From Rhynchobatus australiae (lineage: Eukaryota), in NCBI GenBank assembly GCA_034780895.1, contig JAUZTB010000135.1:74080331-74144330 (forward strand): a stretch of 64,000 bases of DNA, in the 5' to 3' direction. How positions within the stretch are numbered: position 1 is the stretch's first letter; each line of letters begins with the position of its first letter. A model generated the notes under the pieces. It was not told where the DNA came from and made no database searches. It saw nothing but the letters and a program-made list of their open reading frames with translations. The translations under genes and the position numbers were made by a program. Positions 1 through 11,292 of this stretch are shown one piece after another.

Positions 1-1130
1 AAGCAGCACTAGCCACTGTACTTGGTTTTTATCAACTTCACAGAAGCTTTGGATTTAGAAATTGTAGAGAATCCTTATTTGGGTGTCTTGAGAAATCTAT
101 TACTGTTCTGCATATGTTACATAATGACGTGTAAGTCATAATCCTAACAGATGCATCACAGATGTAGCCTCAGTGTAAGCCAGTGTCACTGCACCAATTT
201 TGTTCCTTGCGGCAAAACTGCATTTCACATCAAACAAGCTCCCTGCTTGACTGGAGTTGATCTGTAGACCACACGAGAAAACGTTGAACCCTTTTTTCCC
301 TTTCCAGAATTATGATCATCTTGACCTCAGTCATCAGCCTGTAGTGTATGCAGGGAATGTGTTCATGTGTGCTCATTAAATGACTGAACCTCCAGTGACT
401 TGCTCAGTGAAGCATGAGAAGGTGGGCCTTGCACTGAATGTCTGAAGTCAAAGGTTCTCTAACAACCTGCCTTTTTGCAAAACTCTGCTGCCAATAATTG
501 AGATCTGTGTTGTCACCTGAAAATGCAGATCACTTTCCATAACCTAGACAACTCTCAGCACAGAAGGGTGTGGTGATGCAATTCTCTGTTGTCAATGCAA
601 TTTTCCATTGCCTTCTGCTGACTCAGATGGTGTCAAAGGCCAAGATTTCAAATCCAGCACAAGCTTGTACAGTTTGAGTAGCAATGATCTCCATTCTCCT
701 GTCTGTGTCAGGGACATGGGCAATCTCGTTAGGCACCTTAAAGCATTGGTGAAGTACCATACTTATTACCTCTGCAAAATTCAAGTGGGATGCCAGAATA
801 GATGAAACGTGTGAATGCCAAGCCAACATTCTCAGCATGCCCAACACTAGACTCCTGAAATGCACACTTTCCTGAGATCTGCAAGGCAAGAGATTTCCCA
901 TGGGGAGCAGAGAAAACTCCTCAGATGTTCTCTCATGGAAAAGTGTAACATTCCTGGCCTAAAGTAGAAAAGCTTATGAAAAGGCAATGGACATCTTAAA
1001 TCTCCATGACAAAGGTACATAAGGGCTAACTGTGAATGGTGGAAGTAGCACACAATGTATCCAAAAACCCATACACCTCTCCCTAGAGCACTATCTGCCC
1101 CATCTATGACAGGTTCACTTAAGACTCATT
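1..1130 (+). mobile_element. Decayed RTE-clade LINE fragment (RT C-terminal half)
   Basis: Broken peptides such as RHLKALVKYH...LCKIQVG and 'gggccttgcactgaatgtc' resemble RTE ORF2; many stops and frameshifts. Confidence 0.5.
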
Positions 1131-2182
1131 ACCATCAAAGCAAGCATTTCGGGCTGTGGAATAACATTGTGGGAATTTTTTTGATTCACAATTGAACAAG
1201 GGAAAGTGAAGGTACCTGGAGAACCTTTATAGACCTTTTAATCAGGGGTGTTAGCTTTCAATGTATATGTAATCCAAAATCTAATAGTAAACAGAATTTT
1301 TAAGTGGCAAAAACTGCATGAAACCTTGTATTTGAAAATATGAAGAAGTGTAGGTTTTAATACAGAATTGATCTTTCAAGCAGATAGAAGTTCAAGTGCC
1401 ATTTACCTGACTCAGGATGTATCTATCTTGCCTTGGCATTTTGTTGGCATTGTTATTTACCATGAGGTGCTATGTTATGGCCTAATTTGCATGACACCCA
1501 TCTTTGCTCACAATCTGATCCTGATTTTTGTTAATGGTTTTGCTGGTTTTGCATTTTTCTGGGAGTTGAATGTGGGTATGCAGAGAGAGGGAAGAAGAAG
1601 AGATCACATTTGGTGCATGATGACAGAGAAGAATGAATTTGAAGAGGGGAGAATGCGACCCAGATGGTTATTACAGCTGCAGTAGTTGCAAGTCTAGCAG
1701 AAACGTATCTTACCCATTAGGGAATGTTTTGCTGAAAGAGCTTTATATAGTGGGGAGTTGAAATATTCTAACAGTTATCACTAGGCCATCTCAATACTCG
1801 TTCATCTGTTGACTGTAGGATTTCAAGTAAACAGATTATTTGCCTCCGGAAAGTACAGTTACTTTTAAACTAAGCAGGCAATAACAAAGTTTTATAATTG
1901 TATACTATTACTTCTCTCTGGTATGGATTGATGTGTGACTAGTAAGAATTGACTTTGTGCATTACAAGCTTCTATTGCAATGTCAGCTACAATACATTAC
2001 TATGAGCTCTAAAAGGAGCAAGCTTCAAGTACATGCCTTCTGCCAAATCTGTTGTGTTTGTATGAATTATTTCCCAATGGTTAAAAAATGAAGGCACATG
2101 AGTTCCAAGGAAAAGCAGTAAATTGGAGCCAACATTGACTTGGTNNNNNNNNNNNNNNNNNNNNNNNNNNNNNNNNNNNNNN

Positions 2183-2600
2183 GTAGGATTCTACAAAGCT
2201 CAGTACTCTGTACCTTGCTATTAATGAATTTGATTTAAATGTACATGACAAAATTTACAGATGCAAAAAAGCTGTGTAGTTGACAGGAGGAAAGCTTTAG
2301 ATAGCAGGATGATAGCTTTAGATAGCAGCAGGATAAAGATGGGCTGATCACCTGGGCAGATAAGAGGCAATTGGATTTAAATCAGGGAAATGTGAGGTAA
2401 CGCATTTCAGATGGTGCATCAAGACAAGGGTATATACAATAAAAGGTAGGATATTGACAAGTTTGAAGCAAAGGGATCTTGGAATACATGTCCATAAGTT
2501 CCTTAAAGGTAGATTGGCTAAAATATCATATTGGATGCTTTCCTTTATTAGCCAAGGCACAGGCTACAAGAGGAGGGAGGTAATTCAGGAATTGTATATA
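2183..2600 (+). mobile_element. Decayed CR1 LINE RT fragment
   Basis: Contains gggaaatgtgaggtaacgcattt (KCEVxHF) and agggatcttggaatacatgtccat (RDLGxHVH) motifs typical of CR1 ORF2. Confidence 0.6.
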
Positions 2601-3727
2601 GGATCTAGAATGCAATGTCAAGTGTAGCTGTAAAGACCTTGGTGATGTTTGAAAAGGAACAAGTAATTTGAAGAGAATTGTATAGTAATGAAGAGAGGGC
2701 TGAGAGCAAGGCTAGCTTTGCATAGACTGGAATGAACCTTGGATGGTAGTCATGGTGTAACCTAACTGATCTCTCCTTCCTTTCTCTTCCACTTCCTTCC
2801 TTCCTCACCATTCACATCTGGAAAATAAGACGAAGGAATATAGTTGGTGAATAAGTAGTCAGCATATATTGGTTGTTCACTCAGACCTGCTGTCTAAATG
2901 CTTTTTCTTAAGTGTTCTTCTGTAATTTTATTAATTTCTTGTGATTGATACTTCTAAACATAGACCAGAATTTTAAATTAAGGTGAAACTTCTGGAGCCA
3001 AAGATCAAGGTAGGTGAGTATCTTCAGGAGAGAAAAATCTGGGGCACAAATGTCATTTTTGCTTAATTAGTACATCAATTGCTAATGTGTATTGCTACCC
3101 AGTCATTGCTTGTGTAAAATTGCCACATTCAGTACATCTGATATTACAGTCATGATTGTTTTATTTTTAAAACATGTCCTGCTTATGTCAAACATACCAA
3201 GTGATGTAAATAAAAGTCACCATAAATACAAAAATGAAAGTCTTTAACTTTATGAACAGACTTCTTGACTGTTGAATTATATTGCTGAGTCATTTCTTTA
3301 TACTTAAGTGAACAATGGTGGAAATCTTTGAGAGAGCACCACATTTTTAAAAACCCCTGGTTGAATTCAGGGGTTTACTTTGAGGTTTTCAGGAGAATGT
3401 GAATTTAAAGTATTGGGTCAAAGACCAACCCAAGTTTAATTGTACACTTCTTAATCTCTTTTATATTAATTTTGTTAAAAGTAATTTTGTTTTATGTCTT
3501 GCCCTGTACTGCTGCTGCAAACGACAAATTTCATGTCATAAGACAGTGATAATAAACCTGGTTCTGATATTGTGCCAATTCAATCTCATTTGAAAATGGG
3601 TTAAAATTTGTCATGTGTAAAAGCCAAGTGTTATTTTATCTGATTACAAATAAGATTTGATCACTTAATTTCAAATGGTATTGCTGAGACTTTTTAATTT
3701 ATCTTATTTTCTTTCACATCTTTTTAG

Positions 3728-4086
3728 TTGCTTTCAAATACATTGGCTGATACTCAGTCAGACATGACTCAGATTAGTGGGCAAAACTCTCAATTAGCAA
3801 CTGGAGAAGATCGGCAGAAGTCACTGGATCAGCAGCGAATGCAAGAGAAAGCCAATCGCATTGTAGCTGAGGCCATTGCTAAGGCTAAAGCTCGGGGTGA
3901 GCAAAATATTCCCAAGGTGATTGACCAACGGGTAATCTCTGGCACAGCAGTGGATAATTCAACTGAAGAGAAGAAGAAAAAGAAAAAACCAAAAGAAAAG
4001 AAAGACCCCAAGGAGTCCAAAGAAGCAAAGGAAAAGAAACCCAAGTCAACTGCAACTGCTAAGATCAAAAGTAACAAGAATGCAAG
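3728..4086 (+). CDS. CHD7: CHD7-like chromodomain helicase, internal exon (equivalent to human exon 3): Lys-rich N-terminal region
   Basis: Polypyrimidine tract plus AG at 3726-3727; donor AG|GTAGGA at 4087; 359 nt, phase 0 to 2. Encodes LLSNTLADTQSDMTQISGQNSQL...QEKANRIVAEAIAKAKARGEQNIPKV...EEKKKKKKPKEKKDPKESKEAKEKKPKSTAT. DMTQISGQNSQL and the KKDPKE repeat resemble recalled CHD7. Confidence 0.9.
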
Positions 4087-5614
4087 GTAGGAAAGTAAAT
4101 CTTGTTTTATCACTGAACAGAAATTTTTGAAGTGCTTTTTTAGTGGTTAAGTTAAAATGCTGCAAATTTGACATGCCTAGAAGCTGCTGAGATGTTTGGC
4201 TTGTGTTCTGCAGGGGGGCCATTTCTCCAACCAACTGATTTATTGCCACTGTACTAAGGCGTCAGCAGGAAAATAATACCCTGTGTAAATATTTCATCAG
4301 AAATGAAAGCTGTTGAGAAAATCTTATTTTGGGAAGTTCAACATTTTGATACAACTTTCAAGCTCAAATAAGAGTAGATGCTAGTCCAGTCACAAGTTCA
4401 AACAATCAAAGTGCTGGAGAGTTACTGCTATTTAATTTTTTAAACAAGCCTACAAAAAAAGGTGCATTTAGACACTGCTTAATACAGGGTACTAGTATAC
4501 CCAATAGCCTTTATTATATTGTAGCAAAAGTATCATCATTGCTATCAGTGTTCTTCTACAGATTGTGATGTTAGCGGAGTTGCGTGCACCATCTAACTGA
4601 CATGAATTAGCTATTTACAAAATACTCGATGTAAAAAAAAATCCTGAATATTGTTATCAGCAATATAATTGTATACACTGTTAATCAGGTTACCGAAACG
4701 AATTTGGTAAATCAGATAATTTCTTTTTCTTGGTCTCAGCCACTGATACNNNNNNNNNNNNNNNNNNNNNNNNNNNNNNNNNNNNNNNNNNNNNNNNNNN
4801 NNNNNNNNNNNNNNNNNNNNNNNNNNNNNNNNNNNNNNNNNNNNNNNNNAGTGGCATACTACAAGTATGCTTCTTAATACTTCAAGCTAATAGTTCTCTA
4901 AAAGGCTAGCTTTTGTGTATGGTAAATATTTCATATGGGATTTATTCCTGATTTTTTTGTTTCTCAAACTCTGAACATTATATAAAATGCTAAATAAATG
5001 TTAAAGGGTTACTTTTTAAATTATGCTTTTTGCTGCCCAGTAAACTGAGAATTCTTTAATGTGATTGCATGATTAGCCAGCTTGGTGACATTAAAACTGC
5101 TGGACATCAGGCATTCTTTCAAATGATTTTGATGGCAATGGAAAGGACTAGCTTGTCACCACTGAAATGAGATGTGTGTGGATATCTTTCAAAGTCAGAG
5201 CAGTGCTTTATCTTTGTTGTTAACTGCAAATGTTGGATCGCAGAACAACGGGTTAGGGTGATGGGAAGGGGTAAGAAAGGAAGGATGCTGCATAAAATCC
5301 ATAGTTGTTGTAATATTTATTAGTTCCTCTATCTTAATTGCAGCATTTATCCAGAGGTAATGGTAAGTGAAAGGAAAAACTGACATTGTATTGCTATTAC
5401 ATAAATATATTGATCAATTCTGCTTAGTAAATTTTCTGAAGTGATCTTTTCATTTCAGTTGGAATATTAAAGATAAAAAATCATGTTTCTTTAAAAATAT
5501 GATTATTTTTGCATATCCATTACCTTTAGATGCTAAAGATAAATTGTTAAACTGAGTGTGTCTGACCTTTTCAGAGATGAGCATTGGGTCAATGAGATGT
5601 AATTAATTTGCTTT

Positions 5615-6120
5615 GAAAAGCAAAAACTCCAGATGCTAGAAATTTGAAATAAAAACAGAAAATGCTACATACGCTGATCAGGTCAGACAGCATCTATGAA
5701 AAGGAAGCAGTTAATATTTCAACCTCGGCACTTTGTCAATACTGGGAAAGAGAGAAGGAGTTACAAGCCTGTGCTGTTTTGTATTTTTTTGTTGCTAATA
5801 GCAAGGCTGTGGGATATGACCAGCAGGTCATATGATGCTAATAGAAAGAGGAAAAACTGAACCAAAATACGCAGAAATAGCCAGTTCTGATGTAGACAAA
5901 AAAAACTAGTTACCTGAAGTTGGAGAATTCAACATTGAGTCTGGAAGGCTTCAGTAAGTTCAGACAGAAGATGAGTGGTGTTCCTCAAGCTTGTATTGGG
6001 CCTCCATTGTAATAAAGCAGGAAATTTTGGACAGTGGTTACTGTGGGATTGGGATGGGGATTTAAAATGGCAGGCAACAGGAAGCTCATCGTCACTCCTT
6101 TACAGGTGCTCTGTAAAGAA
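5615..6120 (-). mobile_element. Penelope-like element 3' fragment (GIY-YIG C-terminus plus terminal repeat)
   Basis: Minus strand about 6000-5908 reads QYKLEEHH/LIFCLNLLKPSRLNVEFSNFR*. Terminal repeat with a degenerate hammerhead motif at 5708-5744. Confidence 0.7.
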
Positions 6121-6606
6121 ATGTGGTTGAAACAAGAAATAGAACAAGTTATTATGTCCACCAGTACAAATCATATGTTAGCTATTTTTTTGTCTTAATT
6201 TCTCTCACTGTTGAACAGAAAATGCTTCAAGTTTAGAACCTAATGGATAAATAGCAGCAAACTTGTTATATGGTTAAATTGGAACATTCAATCAAGAATT
6301 TACAAAATTCAGTCAATGGTATTACACATGCCTAATTTTCTCTCATTCTCTTGGTAAAATTTCTGTAGTCGGCAGTTTATTGGGCAAAATGTTGATAGTT
6401 TATTTAACTCTGAATTGGTTCCCCTAACATACAATTTGGCCAAAGCTCTTGATTTGCTTGTGGTGTACAATTTTTTTTACAAACTTGTATTTACATTGAT
6501 GTTAGCCAAAATTATGCTTGGTGTAGGCAGTACTCATCACTGTGGCAGAGTTGATTCTATTGTGTGGAAGAGAATAGTGGAAGTCCTGCATGTTTTGTAA
6601 GTCTTG

Positions 6607-7350
6607 GAGATGAGAAACTGCAGGTGGTGGAATCTGGAGCAAAAAATTCCTCCTGCTGGAGGAATTCAGTGGGATAGGCAGCTGCTGTTTCTTTCAAGAC
6701 CCTTCATCTCGACAGAGTAGAGAAGGCCAGCATAAAGAGGGGTGGGGCTTCAGGCAGCAACTGATGCGTTTATCTAGGTGGGGAGGGGTTGATTGGCAGA
6801 AGAAGCCAAGTGGGGGAGGGAAAAGTGGAGATGGTGACACAGGCTCGAAGGTGGAGGAACAAAAGGCTACAGATTGTGGAATCTTGAGAAAGGAAGGTGA
6901 AGGGTGGAACCAAATAAGGGAGGTGAACAGATGAAGCTGGGAAAGTGACTAAGTAGGAGGAGTGTGTGCATGATGGGCAGATGGAGTGGGTAGGTAGGNN
7001 NNNNNNNNNNNNNNNNNNNNNNNNNNNNNNNNNNNNNNNNNNNNNNNNNNNNNNNNNNNNNNNNNNNNNNNNNNNNNNNNNNNNNNNNNNNNNNNNNNNN
7101 NNNNNNNNNNNNNNNNNNNNNNNNNNNNNNNNNNNNNNNNNNNNNNNNNNNNNNNNNNNNNNNNNNNNNNNNNNNNNNNNNNNNNNNNNNNNNNNNNNNN
7201 NNNNNNNNNNNNNCTTTGAGAAAAAGAGTTAACGTTTCAGATAGGGTCTGTTGACCATTTCTTCCCACAGATGTGGTCTAACTTGAGTATTTCCAGCATT
7301 TTCTATTTTGTTTTAGATTTCCAGTATCTGTAGTTTTTTTATTTTTCATT
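6607..7350 (-). mobile_element. Penelope-like terminal repeat with inverted tail copy (gap inside)
   Basis: Minus-oriented tail (gctggaggaattcag...gacccttcatct) at 6607-6998; plus-oriented tail (cagatg...gagtatttccagcatttt...ccagtatctgtag) at about 7250-7350. Confidence 0.55.
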
Positions 7351-8484
7351 CTTATGTTATTCAAATCTGAGAGTGAAATGAGTAATGCTCAATACAACAT
7401 TTTTATCCTTTGTTATGGGCATTTTTCACAAACTCCTCTAGAGTGCATCATTTACGAACTAAGATGGTCCTATTTTTGCTAATATTAAATTATCCATAGC
7501 TTTTCACCTTTTTCTTCCTGTTGGGGAAACTTCTGCAAAGATGATCAAGCTGATGTTGGAGTCACTATTTAAGGAACTAAAGACATTGCCACATCCTACT
7601 ATGCTTGTGTAATGTAATACCACAGGCATGTTATCTATCAGCATTTCCTTATGAATGGGGAGAAATTTTGGTGTCAGTGAATGGGAAGGAAGAATGTGCA
7701 TTTGATCATTCCTAAATGAATTAGAAACGGGTGCAAATACAAACTGTCAGATCAAGAATAACAGGAATACAATGCAATTCCAGACTTGGAGATTTAAGCC
7801 AATGGACGATGCAGAATAAATGTTAGGGCTTTATTTGTATTGATTACAGCTGCTCCATTATCTCTCCATGGTGACTTGTTTTATTGAATTCTATATGCAT
7901 GTGTAGATAACCAATTCTTTAGTGAATATATATTTAAGTTTGGGATGCAAAATGGGCTTGGGTAGGAAGATGTATTTAACACTAATCTGTTTGCATTCAT
8001 TTATTGCTTGGTGAGCATTAGGGATGCAAAAATTGATTGCAAGATTGATGTAATTAGTAACATGGTTTTGAACCATCATGGATTGATAACAACCTTTTTT
8101 AATGCAATTCATCTAGGCTTAAAAAATCTTTAAATTTACCTTCATCTGTATGATTATCTGTAAAGCACTTGGTTATTACTACATTTTAGTGTGTAATTTT
8201 CCTTCAAATAGAAAAATAAAACATGTTAATCACTGGTCTGTTAGAAGAAGTACTAAAGTTGATAATATTGAACCTGGTTGTGATTTCTGCTCTTTCTCTT
8301 TTGTGGTATTTATAACTCTTCATTTCCTTGTATCCTTCAAAATCCACGGGTATTATGGAAAGAGCAATTTCACTCTGCTGCTAATAAATTCAAATTTTTT
8401 AATACATTCATGACTTCACTGTAATGAACAGCTGAACTTTACCTTGTTTATTTTAGATCTGCAGAGAATTAAAATGTAAAGTTA

Positions 8485-8825
8485 AGACGCAAGAGATTGC
8501 AAACGTTGGAATCTGGAGCAACAAACACTCTGGAGGAACTCAGTGGGTTGAGCAACAGCCCTGTTGTGGCGTTTTGACCCAAAACATCAACAATTCCTTA
8601 GCTAGCCACCGCCCAAAAGATGCTGCTCAGCCTGCTGAGTTCCTCCAACAGNNNNNNNNNNNNNNNNNNNNNNNNNNNNNNNNNNNNNNNNNNNNNNNNN
8701 NNNNNNNNNNNNNNNNNNNNNNNNNNNNNNNNNNNNNNNNNNNNNNNNNNNNNNNNNNNNNNNNNNNCTAGCCACCGCCCAAAAGATGCTGCTCAGCCTG
8801 CTGAGTTCCTCCAACAGATTGTTGT
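8485..8825. mobile_element. Short palindromic Penelope terminal-repeat derivative
   Basis: ggaggaactcagtgggttgagca (about 8532-8554) is the near reverse complement of tgctcagcctgctgagttcctcc (about 8624-8646). Confidence 0.55.
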
Positions 8826-10719
8826 AATGCAGAGTTCATGCTTTTTGACTTTTCCAGCAAACTGCACTTGCGGTATAGCTTTTTTGGGTGATTAAATATG
8901 TTTTGCTTGCTGTATTGACAGTGGGCATCGCTTTGCCGAATGTACACTCAGTTAAGGGAAATATTTCATGAGCAAGTAAACTGAAATAAAAATTAAACTT
9001 TTGGCTAACTGTGAAATTGGTTAGATGGTCTTTTACAACTGGTGTATTGCAAATATCTGCTGTGTGTAAAAGTATGTAGATGCAATGTTTTAAAAAAAAT
9101 GGAAATGGGGTGTCAGAATGGCCAGCCAATTTGTGTATCTAACAGTACTGATAAATATAGTTGCTACAACATTTATTATGTCCTTTTCATTTTGTGTCTC
9201 TGACTCCCAACTTCATTCAATGTAGTTTACATCCTTCAGATTTGAGTAAAGCATGGGACAGTACAGACCAAGCCATTCATCATGCCTTGGATTTTGCATA
9301 GGTCCCCAAAATTCCAGCTACAGTGCAAGTTTTATTATCTGACCTCCATGAAGATTGGAGGGTGACTGGTTAGTCAAATGTATGGGTTAGCCTGTTTATG
9401 TTTTCACAATTAATAATGGTAACAAAATAAGAGAAATGAAGTACACTATTCAACAGTATTCACGAATGAATTGGTAATCAGTGGTATCAACAGGCAATAA
9501 GAAAATAGCAATGTGCAGAGACGGGGAATACCATGGCACTCCAGTGCTGCTCCAATTTCAGCCTGGATCNNNNNNNNNNNNNNNNNNNNNNNNNNNNNNN
9601 NNNNNNNNNNNNNNNNNNNNNNNNNNNNNNNNNNNNNNNNNNNNNNNNNNNNNNNNNNNNNNNNNNNNNNNNNNNNNNNNNNNNNNNNNNNNNNNNNNNN
9701 NNNNNNNNNNNNNNNNNNNNNNNNNNNNNNNNNNNNNNNNNNNNNNNNNNNNNNNNNNNNNNNNNNNNNNNNNNNNNNNNNNNNNNNNNNNNNNNNNNNN
9801 NNNNNNNNNNNNNNNNNNNNNNNNNNNNNNNNNNNNNNNNNNNNNNNNNNNNNNNNNNNNNNNNNNNNNNNNNTAACATTAGTCATTTTGACCCTGGCTA
9901 AAATGTATCAGCTGTCTAATCTATCTATGCCTATCTACTCTATCTAAAACAGTGCCCTGATTTTAGCCCAGTTGCTCCCTCTGGAGTGCTGGTTAACAGA
10001 ATGTGCCAGTTAGTTAAGTGCCAGATAACCAGCTCTTACTGTACTAACTCCCTTTCTTCTGCCCTCTCCATGAACAACTTCAAAACTGCAATCTTTGTCA
10101 CCAAGTTCAAGCATTTTATTTGTGCAGTTGCCTCTGCTGCATTCCTCTTCTGTTGCTGAAGGTGAAGCTCTTCGGTTTTGGACCTACCACTCTCACATTC
10201 TCCTTTGCTGCTTCTCTCCATTGCTTCACACTCTCTCCACTGCCACAAAAAACCTCAATCTACCCACTTGCTCATCTTGCCTGAAATCAAAACACCGTTC
10301 CCTTAATCCCTTTCTCACTTAACACCCATCCACCCTTTTCCTTTTATCTCCTGATAAAGTCACAAGTTCTTCAACTCTTGTTGAATTATTTATGTCTGCC
10401 TGTGCTGCATCTAAACTCTTCTACTCTAATAGCATCCTTGATGATCTTGCTCTGTGTCCCTTATAAACATGCTGTGGACATGTCATGTTAGTCACAACTC
10501 CTTACTAGTTGCTTTTTTCTTCACTGATTGCTGTTGATCCTTCACAACATCTCAAGTTAAAATTTTTGACCTTGAATCTTGCCCTGTTTTGTCTCTCACT
10601 CTTTCCTGCTTGTAAATCCTCTTTCTCGGGCCTATTTTGCATTCCTCTCTCTGCTCCAACATGGGTGAATTTTTCAGGTGCAGAAGTCCTAGTCTCCAGA
10701 ACTTCCAGCAGAAATTCCA

Positions 10720-11292
10720 CATCTCACTCCCATACTGACATGTCTATCTTTGGCCGCCTCTACTACCACGTTGAGGCCAGACGCAGGTTGGAGGAACAAC
10801 ACCTTGTATTCAGTCTTAGGAGTCTCTAGCCTGATGGCCTCAACATCAATTTCTCTAACTTGGAACTCCACCCCNNNNNNNNNNNNNNNNNNNNNNNNNN
10901 NNNNNNNNNNNNNNNNNNNNNNNNNNNNNNNNNNNNNNNNNNNNNNNNNNNNNNNNNNNNNNNNNNNNNNNNNNNNNNNNNNNNNNNNNNNNNNNNNNNN
11001 NNNNNNNNNNNNNNNNNNNNNNNNNNNNNNNNNNNNNNNNNNNNNNNTCCTCCTTCAGCTCTTTGCCTCTTCTACCTATCGTATCTCGGCTCATTACATC
11101 ATTCCCGCCCCCCCCCCCCATCCCCTTTACCTGGACTCACATATCCCTTGCCTGCAGTGCTGCTGCTCCTCCCCGCACCTCCTTGTTCTGGCTTATGTCC
11201 TGATGAAGGGTCTTGGCCTGAAACGTCAACTGTTTGTTTCTTTCCATGGGTGGTGCCTGACCTGAGTTCCTCCAGCTCTTTTTGTGTATTGC
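10720..11292 (+). mobile_element. Penelope-like element 3' end with hammerhead motif
   Basis: Encodes SHSHTDMSIFGRLYYHVEARRRLEEQHLVFSLRSL*PDGLNINFSN, followed by a pyrimidine-rich terminal repeat containing CTGATGA-AGG...CCT-GAAACGTC. Confidence 0.75.
11195..11232 (+). ncRNA. Minimal type I hammerhead ribozyme motif (core intact, helix I decayed)
   Basis: ATGTC-CTGATGA-AGG(GTCTTGG)CCT-GAAAC-GTC-AACTG. Core boxes CUGAUGA and GAAA, a 3-bp helix II, palindromic ACGU in place of helix III, and a GUC cleavage triplet at 11225-11227. Confidence 0.6.

Noticed and set aside
3829-4113. Hydrophobic Phe/Leu-rich minus-strand ORF resembling a membrane peptide
   Set aside because: It is the antisense shadow of the Lys/Glu-rich CHD7 exon; the same applies to 33012..33245.
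8598-8818. Apparent tandem duplications flanking N-gaps (also 16025-16238, 23871-24006, 36633-36757, 48970-49213, 52948-53140, 55695-55818)
   Set aside because: Each pair straddles a gap of about 100-120 N and is best explained as unmerged overlapping contig ends. Mismatches likely reflect alleles or low-quality read ends, for example after the poly-G at about 48950.
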